Shown: in pieces, positions 28,842 to 37,181 of the stretch
Layout: every line of letters starts with the position of its first letter
Numbering within the stretch: the stretch's first letter is position 1
Program-made: the position numbers and the translations under genes
DNA from: Gemmatimonadota bacterium
GTDB taxonomy: Bacteria > JBHIER01 > G020348925
Assembly: GCA_020348925.1 (NCBI GenBank)
Contig: CP070758.1
Coordinates: 4,417,688-4,461,774 of the forward strand
Length of the DNA stretch: 44,087 nt
Direction of reading: 5' to 3'
Notes under the pieces: model-generated
Databases searched by the model: none
Seen by the model: the letters and a program-made list of their open reading frames with translations, nothing else
What the model was told of the DNA's origin: nothing

Positions 28842-29930
28842 ATGGCCACACGAATTTGGAACTTCAATCCGGGTCCTGCCACCCTTCCTCTTCCTGTTCT
28901 GGAAAAAATCAAAGAGGAGATACCCGATTACGGCGGGACCGGTATGGCTGTGATGGAACTCAGTCATCGGTCGAAGCCATACGCTGCGATCCATGCGGAG
29001 ACCAAGAACCTTCTGGTCCAACTCCTCGGAATCCCGGAGAATTTCAGCATACTTTTTTTGCAGGGAGGTGCCAGTCTGCAGTTCGCCATGGTTCCCATGA
29101 ACCTCTTGGGTAACGGGAAATCAGCCGATTACGTCATTACCGGAGCGTGGTCCAAAAAGGCCCTGAAGGAAGCGAAAATTCTCGGTTCCGCGAAAGTGGC
29201 CGGTTCCTCCGAGGATACGAATTTCAACAGAATCCCGGAGCAGAGCGAGTTGACGCTGGATCCGGATACGGTTTATGTCCACATCACGTCCAATAACACA
29301 ATTGCCGGGACGCAGTGGATGACGTTTCCTGATACCGGCGATATCCCTATCGTTTCGGACATGTCCAGCGATATTCTCTCCCGACAGTTGGATTTCAGTC
29401 GGTTCGGACTTATCTACGCCGGTGCTCAGAAAAACCTCGGTCCGTCCGGAGTCACGGTGGTCATTATCCGGAACGATCTGGCGGAACAGAGCAGAGAGGA
29501 TATTCCTACCTTACTCAGGTATGCCACCCATGTGGATAAGGATTCGCTTTTCAACACGCCGCCCACCTTTGCCATTTACATCGTCAAGCTTGTCCTGGAA
29601 TGGATGAAGGATCAGGGGGGGCTTGAGGCTGTTGAAAAGATAAACCAAGAAAAGGGGAAGCTCCTTTACAATACCATAGACGTCCATAATGAGTTCTATC
29701 GCGGAACGGTAGAACCCGATAGTAGGTCCCTGATGAACGCCACCTTTCGGCTGCCTACCGAGGAGCTTGAGGGTAAATTCATCGCGGAAGGACTGGAAAG
29801 CGGGTTTGGCGGATTGAAGGGACATCGCTCCGTCGGCGGTATTCGTGTCTCAATGTATAATGCCATGCCGCTTGAAGGCATTAAAGCCCTGACCGATTTC
29901 ATGGTCAACTTTGTAAAGAATAACGGGTAA
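28842..29930 (+). CDS. serC: Phosphoserine aminotransferase
   Basis: NFNPGP, MELSHRS, LQGGASLQF, DMSSDI, YAGAQKNLGPSG, NTPP, KGHRSVGGIRVSMYNA. Confidence 0.96.
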   Translation: MATRIWNFNPGPATLPLPVLEKIKEEIPDYGGTGMAVMELSHRSKPYAAIHAETKNLLVQLLGIPENFSILFLQGGASLQFAMVPMNLLGNGKSADYVITGAWSKKALKEAKILGSAKVAGSSEDTNFNRIPEQSELTLDPDTVYVHITSNNTIAGTQWMTFPDTGDIPIVSDMSSDILSRQLDFSRFGLIYAGAQKNLGPSGVTVVIIRNDLAEQSREDIPTLLRYATHVDKDSLFNTPPTFAIYIVKLVLEWMKDQGGLEAVEKINQEKGKLLYNTIDVHNEFYRGTVEPDSRSLMNATFRLPTEELEGKFIAEGLESGFGGLKGHRSVGGIRVSMYNAMPLEGIKALTDFMVNFVKNNG

Positions 29931-29976
29931 CTAACATCTTCGAATCCATCCACAACACCAAATAAACCGAACCTAT

Positions 29977-30004
29977 TTGGGGGAAAGGATATCCTTTCCC
30001 CCAA
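29977..30004. repeat. Perfect 28-bp palindrome after serC (likely terminator or stabilising stem)
   Basis: TTGGGGGAAAGGAT|ATCCTTTCCCCCAA. Confidence 0.7.
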
Positions 30005-30078
30005 GAACAATAAACCTCGAACATTATGAACTACCAAGATCAATTGCCTGGAATAATCTTATGTGGGACTGACCAAAC

Positions 30079-31203
30079 ATGAAGCATCGTCTCGTCGCAC
30101 TGGATTGGATGCGTGGCATTGTCATGATTCTGATGGCTCTTGACCACGCATCGGCAGCCTTCAACAAAGGCCGGCTTGTCACCGACTCATTCTTTCTGTA
30201 TCAGGTCGGCATGGCTCTCCGCGACGCTCAGTTCTGGACCCGTTGGATCACCCATATTTGTGCACCGACCTTCCTTTTTCTGGCAGGGACTGCCCTGGCC
30301 CTGAGTATTGAACGGCGAGTCAAGGCCGGGGAGAATCCTTGGATTATTGACCGACATCTCCTTATACGGGGTTTCATTATCGCCATATTTGATATTGCAC
30401 TTATTTCCTGGTTTTGGTATCCGGGATCAGTTCTCCTGCAAGTCCTTTATGCCATAGGTCTTTCGATTATTCTCATGATCCCACTTCGACGGTTATCAAG
30501 CCGCTGGCTTCTTGGTATAGGCATCGGTTATTTCCTTCTCAACGATTTGCTTATAGGTCTTGTTCTGAGCATAACCGAGAATCAGCTCACTGTAGTTGGA
30601 GGACTTTTCCTCCACGGTGGAATATTCTCAGGACTCATAATTGGTTATCCTCTATTTCCCTGGCTTGCTATGATGATAGTGGGCTGGGTTTTCGGAAGGT
30701 ATTTGATTGGGATGCGGGAGGTGGAATCACCCCGTTGGTCACCCAAGAAAGTACTTGTGTTGAGTGGCCTGGCGGCTTTGGGTCTGTTCGTAATAGTCAG
30801 AGGATTAAACAGCTATGGAAATATGCTGCTTCTTCGCGAGGACGATTCCCTTATCCAGTGGCTGCATGTGAGTAAATATCCGCCGAGTTTATCTTTTGCT
30901 GCACTGGAAATCGGGCTGATGTGCATCATCCTCGGTCTGTTAGTGAAACTTCAGGGTAAAATTGGTGAGAACGTAAGGCGAAACAATCCAATCCTCGTTT
31001 TTGGACAGACGGCGTTGTTTTTCTACTTACTTCATATCGTCATTCTGGAACTGTCAGCGCATGCGTTGGGTATGCATATGAAAATGGGATTGGGAGCCAC
31101 GTATGTGGCGACCGGGGCGGTTTTGATTCTGCTTTATCCCCTTTGTCGCTGGTATCGAAGTTACAAAACTGCACATCCCCGTTCTTGGGTGAGATATATA
31201 TAG
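30079..31203 (+). CDS. DUF1624 / HGSNAT-like membrane acyltransferase domain protein
   Basis: LDWMRGIVMILMALDH, TRWITHICAPTF, SKYPPSL, GQTALFFYLLH. Confidence 0.85.
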   Translation: MKHRLVALDWMRGIVMILMALDHASAAFNKGRLVTDSFFLYQVGMALRDAQFWTRWITHICAPTFLFLAGTALALSIERRVKAGENPWIIDRHLLIRGFIIAIFDIALISWFWYPGSVLLQVLYAIGLSIILMIPLRRLSSRWLLGIGIGYFLLNDLLIGLVLSITENQLTVVGGLFLHGGIFSGLIIGYPLFPWLAMMIVGWVFGRYLIGMREVESPRWSPKKVLVLSGLAALGLFVIVRGLNSYGNMLLLREDDSLIQWLHVSKYPPSLSFAALEIGLMCIILGLLVKLQGKIGENVRRNNPILVFGQTALFFYLLHIVILELSAHALGMHMKMGLGATYVATGAVLILLYPLCRWYRSYKTAHPRSWVRYI

Positions 31204-31255
31204 TGAGGGACAATTCATGAATCTCCCCTATAGTCTTTGTCACTTATTTCTCCCT

Positions 31256-32860
31256 TTAAACACTGTATTTCGATAGAAGCTCTCGAAACCTTGGATCGCC
31301 ATGAATCGATTCCAAATCAGGATTGGTTTTGATGAATTCAATTATATTCATCACCCCCGTTTCGAGGGCTGCTTCCAAAAAAGTGAATGCATCTTCCTTT
31401 TTCCCCAGTAGTGCATATGTACCTGCGCAGTTATGAAGAGCAAGCCCGTCATTTGGATCTATCTCCATCACTCTCTTTATCGCGTCCAGGGCTTTCTTAC
31501 TCTCACCCTTTCTCGCATACGTTTCAGCCATTCGACTCAGTGTTATTACATCGTTTGGATTCACTTCAATTTTACGTGCTCCGAGTTCAATGATCTTATT
31601 TTCTGCTTCCTGAGCAGCTTTTACATCTCCTTTTATTTGATACGTGAGACGGAGCCATTCCCATGGTTCTTCACTATATGGCTTGATTGATGCACAAACT
31701 TTATAGCAGTTAATACCAGCATCATAATCTTTAAGGATGTTCGACATGACACCCAACCAGTAATAAGCAGGATAAAAATCTTTTTTATAACGAATCACTT
31801 TTTCAAAACATTTTTTTGCTTGTTCATATCTCTTTTGATGAAAGTAAATCATGCCGATACCGTATTGAGCCTCGATTAAATCAGGATCGAGGCTCAGGGC
31901 TTTTTCATTCATTTACATCATTTTTTCCAGCCAGGCACGATCGCCACTATAGAAGAGATAATTGAAGGAATACGCTTCAGCCAAGGCTATATATGCCAGA
32001 GAGAAATCAGAATCGATTGATAAGGCGTGTTCAAACATCTGAATAGCTGTAAGACGATCCCTGTGCCCACGCCGCAATAGGAATTCACTGCCACGCATAT
32101 AAAAATCATAGGCCCGCAGATCATCCGTTGGCTTTTTCGCCAGAGACTGCTTTTCGGATTCGGTGAGGGAGACCTTTAACGCTTCGGCGATGTTCTCGGA
32201 GACCTCCATCTGAACGTCAAAAATATCCTCGATAAGCCGGTCGTATCTTTCGGCCCAAACCTGGAAACCGCTTCTCACATCAATCAATTGTGCCGTTATA
32301 CGCATCTTGTTGGCACCTTTGCGAACACTTCCTTCAAGAATGTACTGTACTCTGAGGGTCTCACCAACCTGTCGGGTGTTGACTTCTTTGTTGCGGTATG
32401 GTAAAATATCAGAGCGAGGAATCACTTTGATCCCTTGAATCTTCGATAAATCGATAATGAGATCTTCGGTCATACCTGCACAAAAGTATTCATTCTCTTT
32501 ATCGGAGCTCATATTTTCAAAATAGAGGACAGCCAAAGACTTTTTTTCAACTTTAGGTGACTTTTTTGGTGGATGTACCTTCAATTGATCAATAATCTCT
32601 TTCGCGGAAGCCATACGATTGTTGGAATCTTTTTGTAAAATTTTTGAAGTAAGTTCGATAATGTTATCAGGAACGTCAGATCGAAATCCCTGAATGGCTT
32701 TGGGTTCATCATTTAATATTGAATAGATAATAGCCGCTTCATACTCTCCTTGAAACGGAAGTTGCCCCGTAAGCATTTCGTACAACAGAACACCGAACGA
32801 CCAGAGATCTGTACGATGATCCACTTCTGAAGCTTGAATCTGTTCCGGAGACATATAACT
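31256..32860 (-). pseudogene. Ser/Thr protein kinase with TolB-like and TPR domains; in-frame TAA at 31913-31915; 5' part lost in gap
   Basis: Kinase subdomains YMSPEQ and DLWSFGVLLYEMLTG; LAVLYFEN..G.TEDLI..L TolB-like domain. The frame reads ...LEKMM*MNEKAL..., with the TPRs continuing in the same frame. Confidence 0.8.
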
Positions 32861-32960
32861 NNNNNNNNNNNNNNNNNNNNNNNNNNNNNNNNNNNNNNNN
32901 NNNNNNNNNNNNNNNNNNNNNNNNNNNNNNNNNNNNNNNNNNNNNNNNNNNNNNNNNNNN
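32861..32960. other. Scaffold gap (100 N, true size unknown)
   Basis: Run of exactly 100 N; CDSs on both sides lack their 5' ends. Confidence 0.99.
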
Positions 32961-33118
32961 ATCCGGGTGCCGATGCACGCTACAGCTATTCCGTAACAGT
33001 GCTGGGTGCTACGTTCACGGCCACGGCCACAGAGCTTGCTGATGCTGACGGGGATGGGGTTGCGAACGAGGCGCTGACCATGGATCAGGACGGCGTCGAG
33101 GGTGGCGATTGGTACTAA
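32961..33118 (+). CDS. C-terminal fragment of a probable type IV pilin
   Basis: ARYSYSV....FTATAT..DADGDG....LTMDQ is typical of short type IVa pilin C-termini; followed by a terminator and pilD. Confidence 0.6.
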
Positions 33119-33144
33119 TCGAAAATTCCTCACAGGCTTGATGG

Positions 33145-33179
33145 AATGGGCAGAGGTTTTCTCCTCTGCCCATTTTTTT
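33145..33179 (+). terminator. Rho-independent terminator
   Basis: AATGGGCAGAGG-loop-CCTCTGCCCATT followed by a T run. Confidence 0.9.
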
Positions 33180-33388
33180 AGATAAAATCCTTGTTTTTCC
33201 CCGGTTCTTGAGTTAAACTAAGTAGATTTTACAATACCTGTGAAGACTACTCTTACGGTGAGACCCTTCAGGTGCCGTGGGCTCGGCAGGATGGTTCTTG
33301 TTGAAAAGACTGTATCCGATGAAGAGTGCTGGTAGCTGAATGAACCTCAGTTTCACAGGGTCTTTTTCGAAAACGGATGGGGTGGATT

Positions 33389-34180
33389 ATGGATGCGTTC
33401 ATGTATTTCTTGATCTTTTGTCTCGGTCTGGCGATTGGCAGTTTTCTCAACGTATGTATCTATCGGATTCCAGCACAAAAGTCCCTCATTCGGCCGGGAT
33501 CGCACTGCTGTCACTGTGAGGCACCGATTCGACCATACGACAATATTCCTCTTGTGAGCTTTCTTATACTTGGCGGGAGGTGCCGCCGGTGTCGGGCGAA
33601 AATCTCCATCCGATATCCGGCGGTTGAACTGATGACGGCGCTCCTGTTTGTGGCTCTTTTCCGCGCATACGGCCCCTCGCTTCAATTCCTGATCTATGGT
33701 CCGCTCATGGCTGCGCTTCTCGTCATAACGCTCATCGATTTGAATCAATACATTATTCCCGATAGGATCACCATACCTGGTGCTCTCGTCGGTCTTCTCT
33801 GTTCCCCCCTCAACGCTCAGCTGGGTTCTGGGGTGAAGGGCGTTTTCGCGTCGCTCATCGGATTTTTCATCGGCGGGATTCTTTTTTTCCTGATAGCCCT
33901 TTTGGGAAGTGCCGTCTTCAAGAAGGAGAGCATGGGGGGTGGTGATATTAAATTAGCCGCCATGCTTGGGACTTTTCTCGGATGGAAGGGAGCCCTATTT
34001 TCTTTTTTTCTCGCATTTTTTTCAGGGGCGCTTATTGGGGCGATCGTTTTACTGGTGTCGTCGCACAGGAGCAATACGCGGGTCCCCTTCGGACCATTTT
34101 TAGCCCTCGGCGCTGCATGCTATGTATTCTTCGGGGAACTGATACTCGAAACCTATTGGGGGTATGTTTCCGGCCCGTAG
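33389..34180 (+). CDS. pilD: Prepilin peptidase / N-methyltransferase (A24)
   Basis: GSFLNVCIYRIP, CxxC..DNIP..GRCxxC, IDL...IPD, MGGGDIKL, PFGPFL. Confidence 0.95.
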   Translation: MDAFMYFLIFCLGLAIGSFLNVCIYRIPAQKSLIRPGSHCCHCEAPIRPYDNIPLVSFLILGGRCRRCRAKISIRYPAVELMTALLFVALFRAYGPSLQFLIYGPLMAALLVITLIDLNQYIIPDRITIPGALVGLLCSPLNAQLGSGVKGVFASLIGFFIGGILFFLIALLGSAVFKKESMGGGDIKLAAMLGTFLGWKGALFSFFLAFFSGALIGAIVLLVSSHRSNTRVPFGPFLALGAACYVFFGELILETYWGYVSGP

Positions 34181-34280
34181 TCTCACAGGAAGGGATGCGG
34201 TATTCTCGGAGCGACGAGCCGATGTGAGTTTCGCTTCATTTTCTTTTTAATGTTTTGATCAAGGAACGGCATTCATTCTC

Positions 34281-35951
34281 GTGAAACAGTGGGAAAGAAA
34301 AGTGGGCACAGGTGCAAGCTTGAAGATACTCCTTGCCGGATTGCTCTTGATTCTGATGGTATCAGTGATCCTTCTTTCGTGCGTTCCCCCCATCAGCAAA
34401 GATGCCCTCGTTCATCATCTTGCTGTCCCCAAATTGTATCTGGAACATGGGGGTATGTACGAGATTCCACATTGTATACACTCCTATTTTCCAATGAATG
34501 TTGATCTCATGTATATCATTCCTCTGTACTTTGGAAATGACGTCATCCCCAAGTTTGTCCATTTTTTCTTCGGCTTGCTTACGGCTTGGCTTCTGTTCGA
34601 TTACGTGCGACGTCGGATGAATACGATATATGGACTTCTTGGGGCTCTTTTCTTTCTTTCGATTCCCATTATTGTCAAGCTCTCAATAACGGTCTACGTT
34701 GATCTTGGTCTGACGTTCTTTTCCACGGCGTCCCTTCTCTTTCTCCTGAAATGGTTGGAAAACCAGTCTTCTCAGAAGTACCTCATTCTTTCTGCCGTTT
34801 TTTGCGGTTTAGCGATGGGGACGAAGTACAATGGCTTGATCATATGTTTGCTTCTCACATTTTTTGTACCGCTCTTCTCCTTGCGATATACCCAGGAGAG
34901 AAAAGCTGTGCTTGCGAAGAGCATCAGTAATGGTTTTCTTTTTATGATGGTCGCGTTCATCGTTTTTTCGCCCTGGATGCTGAGGAACTTTCTCTGGACG
35001 CACAACCCGGTCTTTCCAATGTATGATCGAATCTTCAATCCCGAAAGCACGCTTATTCAGAAATCTCAGTATCTCTTTGAATTTCGGCGCTACATGTATC
35101 ACGAGACGTGGTGGCACATTGCTCTCATTCCACTGCGAATTTTCTTCCAGGGCCAGGATGGCAATCCCCAGTTTTTTGATGGAGTATTGAATCCGTTTCT
35201 GTTGCTCTTACCGCTGTGTGCCTTTTTCCGGCGGAGAACGGATTCACCGGTCATAAGGAGAGAGAAGAATATTCTGTTCGCTTTCTCGCTTTTATTTTTC
35301 GCCTTTGCCTTTTTTGGGAGAGATCTCAGAATCCGATACCTCTCAGTTATCATTCCTCCGTTGGTTATTTTATCCATGTACGGTATTGAAAAACTCTTAA
35401 ACCTCAGTGCATCGATCCCTTGTTTGATACTCCGCCGAGTGGGATTGATCGGAGTGACCATTCTACTGAGTATCGCCCTGGGGTTGAACGCGCGTTATGT
35501 GGCGAGCCAATATGCGTATGTGGCTCCTTTCGAATATCTCCAGGGATCTATCGGGCGGGATGAGTATATTGCAAGGTATCGATCGGAATACCCGGCCCTC
35601 ATGTACGTGAACACTCATCTCCCGCAAGACTCCCGTATACTCTTTCTCTTTGTAGGAAAAAGAGGCTATTATTGCGACAGGAACTACGTTTTTGACATGG
35701 ATTTGTATAGGGAGAGTCTATTGGGCGATATAGTGAGGGGTTCGAAGAGTCCTGAAACCGTGCAACAGGGCTTGAAGCGCCTCGGCATCACGCATCTGCT
35801 CTTCAATTATGACATCTTCAAAGATTGGGCCCAGACCGTCTTTTCCGACAATGAACAACAATTACTGCGTGATTTTTTCAACACATACGGAGAAGTGCTC
35901 TTTGATGAACGAGGATATGGTCTTGTTCGTGTGACGGACCCCTTCCACTAA
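34281..35951 (+). CDS. GT-C fold (ArnT/PMT-like) lipid-carrier-dependent glycosyltransferase
   Basis: PP...DALVHHL.VPK, YVDL, GLAMGTKY, PW.LRN...T.NPVFP, RYL; many TMs. Confidence 0.8.
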   Translation: MKQWERKVGTGASLKILLAGLLLILMVSVILLSCVPPISKDALVHHLAVPKLYLEHGGMYEIPHCIHSYFPMNVDLMYIIPLYFGNDVIPKFVHFFFGLLTAWLLFDYVRRRMNTIYGLLGALFFLSIPIIVKLSITVYVDLGLTFFSTASLLFLLKWLENQSSQKYLILSAVFCGLAMGTKYNGLIICLLLTFFVPLFSLRYTQERKAVLAKSISNGFLFMMVAFIVFSPWMLRNFLWTHNPVFPMYDRIFNPESTLIQKSQYLFEFRRYMYHETWWHIALIPLRIFFQGQDGNPQFFDGVLNPFLLLLPLCAFFRRRTDSPVIRREKNILFAFSLLFFAFAFFGRDLRIRYLSVIIPPLVILSMYGIEKLLNLSASIPCLILRRVGLIGVTILLSIALGLNARYVASQYAYVAPFEYLQGSIGRDEYIARYRSEYPALMYVNTHLPQDSRILFLFVGKRGYYCDRNYVFDMDLYRESLLGDIVRGSKSPETVQQGLKRLGITHLLFNYDIFKDWAQTVFSDNEQQLLRDFFNTYGEVLFDERGYGLVRVTDPFH

Positions 35952-36078
35952 ACTCTCCCTCCGCTCCCACAATCGTTTCAAAACTCCGCGTGCCTCTTTC
36001 TTCCCTCCAGCCTGATATCCCACTCGTAGGAATCGTTAAAAATTGGTTGGAAGATTTCACCCATCCGCGGGGAATAAT

Positions 36079-36090
36079 TGGGGAAATACC
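36079..36090 (+). promoter_or_regulatory. Candidate enhancer (bEBP) site, copy 1
   Basis: TGGGGAAATACC; its AAATACC starts 167 nt before the -24 GG at 36251, and a near-identical word lies 168 nt before the -24 at 38749. Confidence 0.4.
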
Positions 36091-36248
36091 CCTTTTTTAC
36101 ATTTTCGGTTGCGGCGTTTTGGGAAAACGAGCCCTGGTGTCGTAAGTCAAATCCTGTTGAATTTTTAGAACATAGTATGTTTTAATAACTTATCTAAACA
36201 TTGAACATCAATGTTTGAGGTCCAAGGAAATGTCATTTTTTTTATTTT

Positions 36249-36265
36249 TTGGCATGGTATTCGCG
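36249..36265 (+). promoter_or_regulatory. sigma54-type promoter
   Basis: TTGGCATGGTATTCGCG (GG-N10-GC). Confidence 0.6.
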
Positions 36266-36321
36266 TTCTCTTGGAACAATGAAGATCAAGTAAGCTCTTT
36301 ATGGGAATGAACTGCGAAGAT

Positions 36322-36472
36322 GCCGATAAGGGTAAATCCCGGGAAACCGGGGGGGGGGCACAAAGCTGCGGATCAAAAGACAGTGGTGTTGGTCATATGC
36401 AGACCGAGTGTGCGATCATTGATCTGTTCCGAACAGACAGACACTGACTGGTCACGATAGCCGGACTGCCAA
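36322..36472 (+). ncRNA. c-di-GMP-I (GEMM) riboswitch, variant with poly-G and long P3
   Basis: GGTAAA-TCCCGG-GAAA-CCGG..GCACAAAGCTGCGG...GATAGCCGGACTGCC; G20 and C92 equivalents present. Confidence 0.82.
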
Positions 36473-36603
36473 TGCTACCTGCAATTCTCGGTGGGTCTAT
36501 CTTTTTGTACGAAGGGTCATGGGGGAGGTAGAGGACTCTCGCTGCATTCGACTCCGAGTCTGAAAGAGTCGTGTTGTGAGGGTGCGAGCAAGGAGGTACC
36601 GAA

Positions 36604-37146
36604 ATGATCCGGATTGTTATTGAGGACAAAAGGGAATCCATATTTTATGCTGTTGCTTTGGGATGTGTGCTCCTCTTAGCCGTAGGAGTGACTCTGATGT
36701 ACTGGACCGAACACGATCTTCGGGATATCAGCGAAGCAGGGGATGGGGAACCGGTCACGGTATTTGGGGCAGCGGAGGAGATGCAGCCAATGCGTTCTCG
36801 AGGTGCTGGTCGTGACACACCGGGGAAAGCGATTTCTTTAACCGATTCCTTTTCTGAAAAAGAGACTGATACTCGATCGTTATGGTTTTTCGGTACCATC
36901 GTTTGTACCCTGATCGTTCTTTTTATCTTGACGTTTCGCTACTACTCTCATCGTGAGGTGAAAGAGGCGGAAGATAGGTGGCGGAGAGCCATGAGAAATT
37001 TTATGGCCCGAATGGAAGAGGAACGCGTGCATTCTGAGGATGAGAAACTTCTCCCGGATACAATTTGGTCGCGAATTCTGAAGGGTGAAGAGATTGAGAC
37101 TTCAGGGATGGAAAGAATTGCCATCAACAATCGGAGGAATACGTAA
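36604..37146 (+). CDS. Hypothetical two-TM membrane protein
   Basis: SD AAGGAGGT; two hydrophobic helices; co-oriented with the following HD protein. Confidence 0.7.
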   Translation: MIRIVIEDKRESIFYAVALGCVLLLAVGVTLMYWTEHDLRDISEAGDGEPVTVFGAAEEMQPMRSRGAGRDTPGKAISLTDSFSEKETDTRSLWFFGTIVCTLIVLFILTFRYYSHREVKEAEDRWRRAMRNFMARMEEERVHSEDEKLLPDTIWSRILKGEEIETSGMERIAINNRRNT

Positions 37147-37181
37147 CAGTGGTATGCTTGTGTAAAAGGAGGTGATTTGAT

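Noticed and set aside
31913-31915. Recoded stop (Sec/Pyl or alternative genetic code)
   Set aside because: The codon is TAA, and TAA, TAG and TGA all terminate normal genes in this window.
31913-33133. 406-aa ORF spanning the N run (also 32739..32978 and 32834..33118)
   Set aside because: Artefact of translating through N. Sequence right of the gap belongs to a plus-strand pilin-like gene.
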